From a bacterium (GTDB lineage: Bacteria; UBA8248), in contig OZ244799.1 in NCBI GenBank assembly GCA_965219955.1, positions 1,248,001 through 1,312,000 on the forward strand: a DNA stretch of 64,000 nt. The letters are read 5' to 3'. The stretch's first letter is position 1, and every line of letters begins with the position of its first letter. A program made the position numbers and the translations under genes. This document shows, piece after piece, positions 1 to 9,746 of this stretch. The notes below the pieces were generated by a model. That model saw only the letters and a list, made by a program, of their open reading frames with translations, ran no database searches and was not told where the DNA came from.

Positions 1-2160
1 GATGCCTATGGCGAGTTCTTCGCTTTTTTTGACCCAATGCAGACGGGTGAATTTTTCTTCCGCCGAGATTTGCGCGTCGGTTATTTTTTTTAGTTCCCCG
101 GCAAGCGCCTCCTTGGAGCGCGGTTCGGAGAGGGTTTCCCTCTGAAAGAGCGTTTCGAGTAGGCCTGGTTGTTCGATCAGAACCTCGGCCAGGTAATTGC
201 TCGAGGCGAAGAGCTTGAGAATGATTTCCAGCGATTCTTCCTGCTGGGCCATGAAGCCCAGGATGGATTCGCGGCCGCCTCCTCGCTCCACGAATTTATT
301 GAGGTGCGCGATGGCTCTGTCCGGTTCCGGGAGGTCGAGCGTTTGATACAGCAGGCGCGGGAGGAGTTCGTCGAAAATCCGTTTCGCCTTGGCGCTGACG
401 TGCTCGAGTGATGCGCCGTTTCTCAGGAGCTTGAGGTGCGTACTGACGCCTTCGGGGTCCACGAAGCTGTATGTAGCCAGATCCTCGGCGGATAATGAAT
501 CCCCCAGGGTAGGCGCCGGGGTCGGCCGCCCGCCCGCCGCTTCCACTTCCTCCTCCCCGTCTTCGCTTTGGAACATATTTTCAAAAATCCTCGATACGTT
601 GTTCTGGTGATACGCCAGCCGGGTTTTCAGTTCGTTGCTCTCGGCGCAGTCCATCTTGCGCGCCAGCACGTTCAAACTCTTCTCGTCAGCAGGAACCTCA
701 TGCGTCTGAAGCCCGTGCGTGACCTGCACGCGGTGTTCCACGTCTCTCAGGAACACGTAGGCGTTCGAGAGTTGGTCGCACTCATGCGGGGGCAGGAGGC
801 CGAGCGCCTCGATGATGGAGAGACCCTCGAGCGTGCTCGGGTTCTGTAGGAGCGTTTCGCGGCCGCCATAGATGAGTTGCAGGGCCTGGGTGATGAATTC
901 AATCTCCCGGATGCCGCCTTCGCCGAGCTTCACGTTTCGCGTCGCGGCGTCTTCGCCTTTCAGATTTTCGTTGATGCGGTTCTTGATGCGGCCGATCTCC
1001 TCGAGCACGCTGATGTCCATCGTCCGCCGATACACGAATGGGCGAATCATTTTCATGAAATCATCGCTCAAGGCGGCGGAACCCGCGCAATGGCGGGATT
1101 TGATGAGGGCCTGCCGCTCCCACGTCTCGCCCCAGGATTCGTAATAGACTTCGCAGCTTCTGAGCGAATAGGCCAGTGCGCCCTGCGAACCCTCGGGCCT
1201 GAGACGCGTGTCGATGCGGAACACATGACCCTCTTCGGTATTTTTCGCCATCAGGGATATGAGGCGCCGGGAGAGATGGGCAAAGAATTCGTGGTTGGAG
1301 ATGCTCCTTTTCGTCCTGCCCGTGATCGCGTCCGTCACGCCGGTCGTCTGTCCTTCGTCGGATGAATACACGAAGATCAGATCGATGTCCGAGCTGAAGT
1401 TGAGTTCCAGCCCGCCGAGCTTGCCCATCCCGATCACGCTGAATTCGGTGTTTCGCCACCTCCCGTCCGGGTTCTTGTGACGTGGTTTCCCGTATTTCTC
1501 TTCGAGTTCGGCTCTCGCGATCCGGACAGCCGCCTCCAGGCAGGCGTCCGCCAGATGGGAGAGGTTCGTGGTGATCTCCATGAGAGACGCCCGCCGCATC
1601 AGGTCCAACACGGCGATTCTCAGGTATTCGCGCTGGCGAAAGCGGCGCATGGCATTTTCCGGCCCGTTGGGCGCATCCTGACTCTCACGCACCCACTGCC
1701 ACAGTTCGGCGACCATTTTTTCTTTCGTGCGGGCAGCCCGCAACGTGCCGGGCCGCAGGAGCCAGTCGAGGAAGTTGGGATGCCTGAGAATCGTTTCGAT
1801 CAGGAACTGGCTCCCGCCGGCCAGCGCGAAGAATTCCGCTCTGCGCTCATCGGATCGGGTGAGGGCTTTCAGGAGCAAATCCGGTTTCTCCCGGGTTCCC
1901 AGAATGCGCTCGAAGTTGCTCAGGGCGCGCTCCGGGTCGAACGTATCGCGCAGAGATGAGAGCAGTTGGAGCAGGAACTCTGAATTGTTGCGCGGGAACG
2001 CAGGGTGCAAGGCCAGGGACTGGAGATTTCTGGTTACACCCAGAGGGTCGCTGACTCCGATCAGTCCGAGCAGGTCTTTCGCCGCCGGGGTGGGGGCGCC
2101 CCCCGGCAAGAGTTTTTCGATATGAGAAAACCCCGGGTGCACATCAATCCGATCGCTCAT
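1..2160 (-). CDS. glnE: Glutamine synthetase adenylyltransferase/adenylyl-removing enzyme (runs off the left edge of the window)
   Basis: Absent from the ORF track. Manual minus-strand translation of the N-terminal part from ATG at 2160 gives MSDRIDVHPG...AMRRFRQREYLRIAVLDL...GMGKLGGLELNFSSDIDLIFVY, the GlnE nucleotidyltransferase signature. Confidence 0.93.
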   Translation of the reverse strand, partial: MSDRIDVHPGFSHIEKLLPGGAPTPAAKDLLGLIGVSDPLGVTRNLQSLALHPAFPRNNSEFLLQLLSSLRDTFDPERALSNFERILGTREKPDLLLKALTRSDERRAEFFALAGGSQFLIETILRHPNFLDWLLRPGTLRAARTKEKMVAELWQWVRESQDAPNGPENAMRRFRQREYLRIAVLDLMRRASLMEITTNLSHLADACLEAAVRIARAELEEKYGKPRHKNPDGRWRNTEFSVIGMGKLGGLELNFSSDIDLIFVYSSDEGQTTGVTDAITGRTKRSISNHEFFAHLSRRLISLMAKNTEEGHVFRIDTRLRPEGSQGALAYSLRSCEVYYESWGETWERQALIKSRHCAGSAALSDDFMKMIRPFVYRRTMDISVLEEIGRIKNRINENLKGEDAATRNVKLGEGGIREIEFITQALQLIYGGRETLLQNPSTLEGLSIIEALGLLPPHECDQLSNAYVFLRDVEHRVQVTHGLQTHEVPADEKSLNVLARKMDCAESNELKTRLAYHQNNVSRIFENMFQSEDGEEEVEAAGGRPTPAPTLGDSLSAEDLATYSFVDPEGVSTHLKLLRNGASLEHVSAKAKRIFDELLPRLLYQTLDLPEPDRAIAHLNKFVERGGGRESILGFMAQQEESLEIILKLFASSNYLAEVLIEQPGLLETLFQRETLSEPRSKEALAGELKKITDAQISAEEKFTRLHWVKKSEELAIGI

Positions 2161-2190
2161 ATCAAATCCCCCCAGACGAATCATGAAGGA

Positions 2191-3405
2191 CTAGCGCGCA
2201 GAATCTCCCGGATTCGCCGCTGCCTGGTGAAGGGGCGAATTTTCTTCCGTTCTGGGCAACCATGAGAAGGCGATCAGACTTCCCAGACACGCTATGCCGA
2301 TTGCTCCGAAAACGAACTCCAAGCCGTATGCATCCGCCAGTATACCCAGAAAAAACAATCCAAGGCCAACAAAAATCTGGTTCGCCGTGAAAATAACGCC
2401 GACGACGCTGCCGGCCAGCCTGGGCGGACTGACCTCGAAGCCGTATGCGAAAATCACCGAGCGCATGGAGATGAGAAAAACGCCGACCGACGCGACGCAG
2501 ACGTACAGGGAAATGCCCGTGCCCGCGTGGGGGATCAGGAACATCGCGATTCCGCCGCCGGCGGTCCCGATGAAGAGGATCACTTTTCGGGAAACTCTGT
2601 CGGAGAGATAGCCGACGATCGTTTCGGGAAATATGGAGGCCGCCGAGTACACGCCGAGCGCAAGGCCCAGGGTGCTCGGACCCACGCCGTATTTTCTCAC
2701 CAGCAGGATGGCCAGAAATATCGAGACGACGTTGTGCGCCAGCGTCCGCACGCCCGAGAGCACGCAAGCCCCCATCATCCCGGGATTCTTGATAAGCGCA
2801 TCAACGAAATTGCGGGGCGTGATCGAGGAGCCGGTTTTTTGCTTTCCGCTGATCTGGAACGGCTCCAGAAAAATCCACAGGAGCATCGCCGTGGCGAAAA
2901 GCGGTATCGTGTTCACCATCAAAACGCCCCGCCAGCTCATGACGAGGAGCAGGTAGCCCGCGATGATGGGCGCCAGGGTCTGCCCCAGGTTGGCGCCCGT
3001 GCCGTGCACGCCCAGGGCGAAACCCTTGCGGTTGTCGAAGCGCATCCCCAGCAGCCCCATGGAGGGAGGGTGCCAGGTGTGCGTCGCCAAACCGCTCAGC
3101 CAGATGATGGGGGCAAGCGTCAGGAACCCCGTGGCGAAGCCCGCCCCGCCGTAGAACAGGGCGGCAGAAGCCATGCAGCCGACCAGCAGCCATTTCCCGC
3201 CGCCGTAGACGTCGATGACGTAGCCCGTGCCCACGCTACTGAAGGCGCTCATCACCGCTCTGCCGGTGAAGAGAAGCCCCACCTGGGTGAGGGTCAGCCC
3301 CAAGTCCGCCGCGAGAAAGGGAATGACGGGTCCCAGTACGCCCTGGAACCAGTGTTCACAGGCGTGGCCGGTGGTGAGCAGGGCGAGGATTTGCCATTTC
3401 TTCAA
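2191..3405 (-). CDS. MFS transporter (FSR-like)
   Basis: About 12 hydrophobic segments, GYLSDRVSRK motif A, and WHPPSMG/GFALGVHGTGANLG. Start uncertain (TTG 3405 or 3441). Confidence 0.88.
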   Translation of the reverse strand: MKKWQILALLTTGHACEHWFQGVLGPVIPFLAADLGLTLTQVGLLFTGRAVMSAFSSVGTGYVIDVYGGGKWLLVGCMASAALFYGGAGFATGFLTLAPIIWLSGLATHTWHPPSMGLLGMRFDNRKGFALGVHGTGANLGQTLAPIIAGYLLLVMSWRGVLMVNTIPLFATAMLLWIFLEPFQISGKQKTGSSITPRNFVDALIKNPGMMGACVLSGVRTLAHNVVSIFLAILLVRKYGVGPSTLGLALGVYSAASIFPETIVGYLSDRVSRKVILFIGTAGGGIAMFLIPHAGTGISLYVCVASVGVFLISMRSVIFAYGFEVSPPRLAGSVVGVIFTANQIFVGLGLFFLGILADAYGLEFVFGAIGIACLGSLIAFSWLPRTEENSPLHQAAANPGDSAR

Positions 3406-3635
3406 GGTATTCCATCTTTCATAGAGAAGATGATGAGGCAAAATTGAAGACGGGAAATCCTAGCATCACGGCGTCCGGGCGAAAAGGCGAGGGGAGTTTT
3501 CCCCGTTTCCATGCGGGAGCCCCTTCGCCTTCTCGCCTCGTTTCGGCGCCGGAGCGGACGGAGGGGGAGGGAACCCCGGAATCCGGGTCGGACGGGGGCG
3601 GGCGAAGGGAACGAACCCGGCGGCGCCCGGCGCGC

Positions 3636-4116
3636 CAATGCGGGCTGTTGTTGGGAAATGCGGGGGAGCCGAATAATTTTTTCCGCCGCCAAATCTGAAT
3701 CCATGACGCTAAGTATTGAACATAACTAACTGAATCATAATAATTTATCAGGAAATATAGGTTCAGTAATTTATCGAAAAACCCCGTGAATTTATCCAAT
3801 TTTACGGAAAATATCATTATTTTCATTATCCTCTCCGCGTTCGGCTCCACCGGCATTTCTTCTCGCCCCGCGCCGCATGCCGAAGATGGCGTGGTTGGGG
3901 GTGAAACGCGAGTGAGGAGCGAGCGTCTGCGGCCTGCGCGGAAGAATTCGCCGACATCATTCCCGCCCCCTCGCCCGGTTCCATGAGATGGCCTCCTCTC
4001 CTTTTCGTTCCGTTCCAGGTGAAGCGGGAAAACCGTCTTTCCGCTTCGCGCGCACGATACCGAATCCCTGAAGCTTCGCGGCATCGCAAATGCGGGCGAA
4101 TGCGCGGAAATGCGTG
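3636..4116. repeat. AT-rich non-coding element with phased AAATGCGGG repeats, copy 1
   Basis: AAATGCGGG-like 10-mers at 3656, 4088, 4098 and 4108. The 28-bp block 3769-3796 is identical to 56902-56929. Confidence 0.6.
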
Positions 4117-4190
4117 AGCGACCCCCGACCGGGGAGGTCAATCGCGACTCGTTTTTGCTCGTCATTCCGACATTATTCCCGACTGAGAAA

Positions 4191-4547
4191 GGGGTTGTTG
4201 AAAAAGTCCTGATTCCGTGATTTGGAGTATGGAGCCAACCGGGGAAAGAGGAGGCTTCACTCCCCCCTTGAGGGGGATGTTGAATAACCCCCTCGATGTG
4301 GGAAAACCACCGTCATTCCGGTATCAGTCCCCGACTGATAATGGAGGGATTGATGCCGGAATGACGAACCAGAACCGCACCGCCTCACCCTGAGTAGCGG
4401 CGAAGCCGCGTATCGAAGGGCGAGGCCCCGCACCTGCCGGGGGACGTTCGTCCCTCCTCCTTCGATACGGCGCTGACGCGCCTACTCAGGATGAGGAGGT
4501 TGGGGCGCCTGCGCGCCCGTCCCGAAATCGGCTTTTTCAACAGCCCC
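4191..4547. mobile_element. MITE-like unit bounded by GTTGTTGAAAAA/TTTTTCAACAGCC, carrying palindromic modules
   Basis: Inverted ends at about 4192-4205 and 4533-4547. Internal modules: GTCATTCCGG..CCGGAATGAC and CCTCA(T/C)CCTGAGTAG..CGTATCGAAGG. Confidence 0.65.
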
Positions 4548-4594
4548 GAGAAAGGAGGGATTGCGGAATCCAGGGTTTCGCCTTTTTGTTTTTT

Positions 4595-4665
4595 GTAGGG
4601 GCCGCGTATACGCGGCCCGTCGCCGGAGGGCGAAAAAACAGGGTCGCATGGTATGCGACCCCTAC
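4595..4665. repeat. GTAG-type REP doublet
   Basis: GTAGGGGCCGCGTATACGCGGCCC...GGGTCGCATGGTATGCGACCCCTAC. Related copies at 60157-60225 and 63068-63135. Confidence 0.75.
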
Positions 4666-4756
4666 ACGCGGATGCTTGCCCTTCGCAGATCACCGAACGC
4701 CGCGAAGGCGATCAAATGCCGCACCCGCCCGACTGGCTGCAATCCCTCATTCTTCG

Positions 4757-5115
4757 GGCCTGTTGAAAAACCCTGTTTCGGGATCGGCGGCATGGAGGTT
4801 CATACGGGGCAGGCGCGATGGTTTTGTAGTGACAACCCCTCCTCAAGGTTGTCCCACAGGTCGCGACCTGGCCCTGCGGAACCACCGCGCCAGTCAGTAA
4901 TCACTCCCCCCTTGAGGGGGAGTCGAAGAGGCCGAGCGTTTTTTGCGAAGGCCGATTCGGTGGGGGGTAAAATGCGTTTTACCGCCACCCGAATTATCCC
5001 CCCCCACCGAGTCAGCCTTCACCTGTCGGTTCGGCTTCCTCGTCTGGCTTTCCCCTCGGGAAGCCAGACCCTCAAGGGGGGAGTGATTCCTCTCTCCTCT
5101 GACTTTTTCAACCGT
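4757..5115. mobile_element. MITE-like unit containing the 186-bp TCACTCCCCCCTTGAGGG-ended palindromic element (4901-5086)
   Basis: CTGTTGAAAAA at 4760 and TTTTTCAAC at 5104. The inner element is an inverted copy of 18633-18818. Confidence 0.7.
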
Positions 5116-5279
5116 CTCTGCAAGGCATTGCGCCTTCGTTGCTCCCCGGGGACAGCGAAATGCGCGGAATCGGGGCGGGCTGGCGCATGCGTATCCATGA
5201 AAAAGTGAGAAAAAACCCGCAAAATTCCGCCGATTTCCGCATGTTTGCCCCCAAATCCCGTATTCGCCCGCATTTACGG

Positions 5280-5323
5280 TTGACACCTCCCGGAAACGGA
5301 CGTAAATTTACTGGTAGGACAAT
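5280..5323 (+). promoter_or_regulatory. Sigma70 promoter with adjacent FadR/PdhR-type operator
   Basis: TTGACA (5280-5285), 17-bp spacer, TAAATT (5303-5308), then TGGTaggACaA, which resembles the TGGT-N3-ACCA box of FadR-subfamily regulators. Lies upstream of the FadR-type gene. Confidence 0.7.
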
Positions 5324-5374
5324 CCCATAAGGTGATGAGCCTCTCTGTGAGGCGCGTATTCGGGAGTTTGAAGC

Positions 5375-6082
5375 GTGGCCATCAGCGACAGACTGCAGAC
5401 GGTGAAGAAGACGCGCGTCTACGAGGCCATCGTCGCGCAGCTCACCTCCTTGATCCTGGAGGGAGAGATAAGGCCGGGCGAGAAACTGCCGTCGGAACGG
5501 GAGTTGTGCGAGCAATTCGGCGTCGGGAGAAACTCCGTTCGCGAGGCGACGCGCTCGCTCGAATCCGCAAGATTAGTGGAGACGAGGCAGGGGGAGGGCA
5601 CGTTCGTCACGGCGCATCCTGAATCCATGGTTCATGTGATTTCCGAAAAAGTCTCCTCCGATGCGGAGAGCGGCATCCATCACCTCTTCGAGGCGCGTAT
5701 GGTTCTGGAGCCTCAAATCGCCGCCCTGGCCGCCGAGCGTGTGACGGGCGCGGAACTCGAATATCTGGAAGACACGCTTCGCCGGCAGCATGGCGCAGTA
5801 GAAGACGGCGGTTTGGGCCTCGAAGAAGATACCCGGTTTCACTTGGGGCTCGCCGAGGCCGCCAGGAATCAATTCCTGCATCATCTGCTCAGCAGCCTGC
5901 TCAATTCGCTGAGCGAGATGCGCGAACGCTCGCTTCGTCGTGACGAAAGCGTGCGCCTGCGCTCGTGGGAGGCGCACCGGAAGATTCTGAAGGCCGTTTC
6001 GGACAAGGACAGGAACAGGGCGACGGCAGGGATGATCAGCCACCTTGTCGATATCAAAGGCAGCGAAGTCGAATCCGGTTGA
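5375..6082 (+). CDS. FadR/GntR family transcriptional regulator
   Basis: KLPSERELCEQFGVGRNSVREA wHTH plus an FCD domain (DTRFH, EAHRKIL). Confidence 0.95.
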   Translation: MAISDRLQTVKKTRVYEAIVAQLTSLILEGEIRPGEKLPSERELCEQFGVGRNSVREATRSLESARLVETRQGEGTFVTAHPESMVHVISEKVSSDAESGIHHLFEARMVLEPQIAALAAERVTGAELEYLEDTLRRQHGAVEDGGLGLEEDTRFHLGLAEAARNQFLHHLLSSLLNSLSEMRERSLRRDESVRLRSWEAHRKILKAVSDKDRNRATAGMISHLVDIKGSEVESG

Positions 6083-6190
6083 AACCGGGATATCGAAGAA
6101 AAATGAAATTCTTGTGAACCGAATTTGAGGAAATTCCGTCTTTCAGTTAAAAAGTCAGCTTCTTCAACTCCAAAGTGGGGGGTACCGAAT

Positions 6191-7381
6191 GTGAGTGTCA
6201 TATCGTTTGAAGTGATTTACAGAGGAATTTTTCAGAAAAGCCTTGCGGTGAAAATTTCGCGGACGTTGATTCTCGCGGCCGTGAAAGAAGGAAAGCCGGG
6301 CATCTCCTTCGGGCGCTACAGCGATTCGCCCGAGCGCAACGGGATTCCGGCCAAGCAGTTCGGCTACATCGCGGACAACGAGGAAGAGCTCGAGACCGTG
6401 GCGGCGCAGTACGAGCCGAAACAGGTGGACATCTCCATCTGCGTGGACGACACGCTGTGCAAGGGCGTGGAATCGTGGGCATGGTACGGGCTTCAGCCCA
6501 TCAACGCCGTCACCAAGCCCGGCGGCACGCTCATCGTCACGTCGAACCAGAAAGAAGACGAACTCGTCCAGCACATCCACCGCAGAGAAACGCCCTACAA
6601 ACTCGCGATCATCCCGGGCGAGGCGAGCTTCGCGGGTCTTTGGGTCTACAAGGACGACGGCACCGACGCGCGCTGTCTGGCGGCGGCCCTCAAGGCCGAG
6701 CCCACCATGTGCTCCATCGCGTCTCTGGAGTCGGCCATCCGCGAGAACATCGGCTCCGAAACGCACATCGAAGCCGCGCGGGAGGTGTATGAAGACCTGC
6801 GTCCCGTCGAGATCGAACCGGGCCAGGGCAACGACGAGGTTCCCTTCACGTTCGAACTCCTCAAGTGGCACGAAATGCGCCAGGGCGTCGTCATCGACGG
6901 CGTGGGCGGCCACGAGGGCTTCCGGGGCGGCGAAGGCGGCTACGAGCCGGGGAGAAACCCCTACTTCAAGAAGTGGTCGACCCGCACCATGCGTCCGGTC
7001 GTGTCTTTTGACAAATGCACGAAATGCACCCTTTGCTGGGTTGCATGCCCGGACACCTGTTTCGACGTCACGCCGGACGGCTTCTTCGACGCCAACATGG
7101 AGGCCTGCTGCGGCTGCGGCGTGTGCGAGGCCATCTGCCCCGTCAAGGACTGCATCACGATGGTGAACGAGGTCGTCTTTGAAGAGCGCGACAGCCAGTG
7201 GCAGATGTGGCAGGAGAACAAGGAAGATTACGACAAGTACATGGACGAGAAGATCAGCGTCGGCAAAATAGAGGGTCGTCACCCCATCACCGGTCTCGGG
7301 CAGGCGTTCTCCGGCATCGGCATCGAGATGGGTCACAACCCCGAAACGGCCCAGGTCAAATCTCTTCAAGACCTCAAATAG
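6191..7381 (+). CDS. 2-oxoacid:ferredoxin oxidoreductase gamma-delta fusion subunit (oxalate oxidoreductase delta-like)
   Basis: Gamma-type domain (RYSDSPERNGIP) plus two [4Fe-4S] motifs, CTKCTLCWVACP and CCGCGVCEAICP. GTG start at 6191. Confidence 0.88.
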   Translation: MSVISFEVIYRGIFQKSLAVKISRTLILAAVKEGKPGISFGRYSDSPERNGIPAKQFGYIADNEEELETVAAQYEPKQVDISICVDDTLCKGVESWAWYGLQPINAVTKPGGTLIVTSNQKEDELVQHIHRRETPYKLAIIPGEASFAGLWVYKDDGTDARCLAAALKAEPTMCSIASLESAIRENIGSETHIEAAREVYEDLRPVEIEPGQGNDEVPFTFELLKWHEMRQGVVIDGVGGHEGFRGGEGGYEPGRNPYFKKWSTRTMRPVVSFDKCTKCTLCWVACPDTCFDVTPDGFFDANMEACCGCGVCEAICPVKDCITMVNEVVFEERDSQWQMWQENKEDYDKYMDEKISVGKIEGRHPITGLGQAFSGIGIEMGHNPETAQVKSLQDLK

Positions 7382-7399
7382 GATAATAGGAGCGAACTG

Positions 7400-8617
7400 A
7401 TGGCGACAGCAACCGAACAACAACAAGGTGCGGGAGTTCATCTCCTCACCGGAAGCGAGGTCATGGCCCACGTTTGCCGCCTCGCCGACGTGGATGTCAT
7501 CACGGCGTATCCGATCCGGCCGTATGACACCGTGATGCAGTACGTTTCAAAATTCATCGCCGAGGGCGATTTCGACGCCGACTACATTCCGGCGGAGAGC
7601 GAGCACGGCCAGTTCGAGATCGTCAAACACGCCTCGGCCTGCGGCGCGCGGGTGTTCACCGGTTCGAGCGGCGTGGGCTGGCTCTATGCGATGGAGCCCC
7701 TGGCCGTTACGGCGGGCCTCAGGCTGCCCATGGTGGCCCTGGTCGGCTGCCGCGCGTTGGACGACCCCGGCGCTTTCGGCACCGAGCACAACGACGCCAT
7801 GCTCGTCCGCGACCTGGGCTGGATGATCAACTTCCCCGACACGGCGCAGGAAGTCGTCGAGCTCGGGCTTCTGTCCTACCGCGTCGCCGAGGACCCGAGA
7901 GTCTACCTGCCGTGCGCCATCGCGATGGACGGCGCGTTCCTGACGCACAGCCAGGCGACGGTGCGACTGCCCGGCCAGGAGGAAGTCGATGCGTTCCTCC
8001 CGCCCTACGACAGGGGCGACCTGCTTCTTCACCCCGACAACCCCATCACCATCGCGCCCCAGGCGAACGAGGACTGGCTGATGGAGGTGAGGCGGCAGAG
8101 CAGCGAGGCGGCGAAAAACGCCTACACCGTGCTCAAGGAAGCCCACGCCGATTTCAGCAAGACTTTCGGCGTGGATACGGACCCCTTCCTCGATGAGTAC
8201 ATGACCGAGGATGCCGACGTCGTGCTGTGCGGCATGGGGACGCTGAGCCTGCCGGTGAAGGTCGCCATCCGCGAAATGCGCAAGGAAGGCAAGAAGGTCG
8301 GCATGGTTCGCCTCAAGTGGTTCCGCCCCTTCCCGACGGAAGAGTTGCGCGCGTCGCTCTCGCGATTCAAGGCGGTGGGCGTCATCGACCGCGACTACTC
8401 GTTTGGTTCTCCCTATCATGGTGGTATAGTGTTCAACGAAGTGAAAGCCGCCATGTACGGGGCGGACAAGGTGCCTCACATGAAAGGATTCGTCTGCGGC
8501 CTCGGTGGCCGTGAGGTGCTGCTCGAAGACGTCAAACAGATGGCCGACAAGGTCATTTCCATGGGTCAGAACGATGCGGCCGACAACGAAGTCGACTGGA
8601 TCGGAGTGAGGGACTAA
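7400..8617 (+). CDS. 2-oxoacid:ferredoxin oxidoreductase alpha subunit, oxalate oxidoreductase (OorA)-like
   Basis: RLADVDVITAYPIRPY, ESEH, GARVFTGSSGVG, FRPFPTE and GLGG motifs. Confidence 0.92.
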   Translation: MATATEQQQGAGVHLLTGSEVMAHVCRLADVDVITAYPIRPYDTVMQYVSKFIAEGDFDADYIPAESEHGQFEIVKHASACGARVFTGSSGVGWLYAMEPLAVTAGLRLPMVALVGCRALDDPGAFGTEHNDAMLVRDLGWMINFPDTAQEVVELGLLSYRVAEDPRVYLPCAIAMDGAFLTHSQATVRLPGQEEVDAFLPPYDRGDLLLHPDNPITIAPQANEDWLMEVRRQSSEAAKNAYTVLKEAHADFSKTFGVDTDPFLDEYMTEDADVVLCGMGTLSLPVKVAIREMRKEGKKVGMVRLKWFRPFPTEELRASLSRFKAVGVIDRDYSFGSPYHGGIVFNEVKAAMYGADKVPHMKGFVCGLGGREVLLEDVKQMADKVISMGQNDAADNEVDWIGVRD

Positions 8618-8620
8618 ATC

Positions 8621-9649
8621 ATGGCTGAAACCTCTGAATACAACATCGGAACACAGGAACTTCCCTTGATGGGGAAGGTGAACGCCATTCCCGAGAAAGC
8701 GGTGGAGGAGTATTTCACCAGCGGACACAGGACGTGCCAGGGTTGTGAGAGCGCCCTCATCATGCGCCTCATGGCCAAGGCGGCGGGCCCCCGCTCCATC
8801 ATCCTGGGCAGCACGGGCTGCATGTACGTGGCGAACACCACCTACTACAGCACCCCCTGGGTGGTGCCGTGGATGCACACGCAGCTGGGCTCTTCGGGCT
8901 CGGCGGCCACGGGAACGGCGGCGGCGCTCCGCGCGCTCATGCGCAAGGGCAAGATGAAGGAAGAGCCCATCAACGTCATCGCCTTCTGCGGCGACGGCGG
9001 CGGCATCGACATGGGCGTCTCGTCCATCTCGGCGGCGCTCATGCACGCGAAGTACAATCTGGCGATCATCTGCTACGACAACGAGTCGTACGCCAACACC
9101 GACATCCAGATTTCAGGCGCGTCTCCCTGGGGCGCCAACACGACGTTCACGCCTCCGGGCAAGAAATTCCGGATCATGCACGACTGCTGGAAGAAGAACA
9201 TCGCCGCCATGTACGCCGTGGGCCACACGCGCTGCAACTACGTGGCGACGGCGGATGCTTCCTACCCGGCGGATCTGATCGACAAGGTCCGCAAGGCGCT
9301 GGCCGTGAAGGGGCCCGCGTTCGTGCACACGCTCGACCCGTGCCCGAAGGGATGGGACTACGACCCGTTCTACTCCCACAAGCTCGGCGAACTGGCCGTG
9401 GAAACCGGCCTGTTCCCGCTCTGGGAGATGACGGACGGGGCGCTCACCTACACGGGCATTTCCGCCCGGCAGGTGTACGGCAAGCGTGGCCGCAAGCCGG
9501 TGCGCGAATACCTGGAGACGCAGGGCCGCTTCCACCATTTCGTGGAGGAAGACTACGAATACTTCCAGAGCGAAGTGGACAAGATGTGGGACGACTGGAT
9601 GGTTCCCGGCGTCATCCCCTTCAAGGTGAACGACCCGAGCAAGAAGTAG
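8621..9649 (+). CDS. 2-oxoacid:ferredoxin oxidoreductase beta (TPP-binding) subunit, OorB-like
   Basis: GHRTCQGC, TGCMYVANT, GDGG...YDNESYANT TPP motif and CPKGW. Confidence 0.93.
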   Translation: MAETSEYNIGTQELPLMGKVNAIPEKAVEEYFTSGHRTCQGCESALIMRLMAKAAGPRSIILGSTGCMYVANTTYYSTPWVVPWMHTQLGSSGSAATGTAAALRALMRKGKMKEEPINVIAFCGDGGGIDMGVSSISAALMHAKYNLAIICYDNESYANTDIQISGASPWGANTTFTPPGKKFRIMHDCWKKNIAAMYAVGHTRCNYVATADASYPADLIDKVRKALAVKGPAFVHTLDPCPKGWDYDPFYSHKLGELAVETGLFPLWEMTDGALTYTGISARQVYGKRGRKPVREYLETQGRFHHFVEEDYEYFQSEVDKMWDDWMVPGVIPFKVNDPSKK

Positions 9650-9678
9650 GGATACGGGAACGAAGAGCCGGCAAGTCC

Positions 9679-9710
9679 AGGGCGGGGCCCTTCGGGGTCC
9701 CGCTCTTTTT
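9679..9710 (+). terminator. Rho-independent terminator
   Basis: AGGGCGGGGCCC-TTCG-GGGTCCCGCTCT followed by a T-run, after the OFOR operon. Confidence 0.85.
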
Positions 9711-9746
9711 CGCTCACCCCTGATCCACGGACCCGAAGAGACGAAG

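Noticed and set aside
3402-5330. ORFs within repeat regions (also 56742-57994, 59892-60700 and 62753-63104)
   Set aside because: They are translations of palindromic repeats, with no RBS or domain evidence and no transposase motifs.
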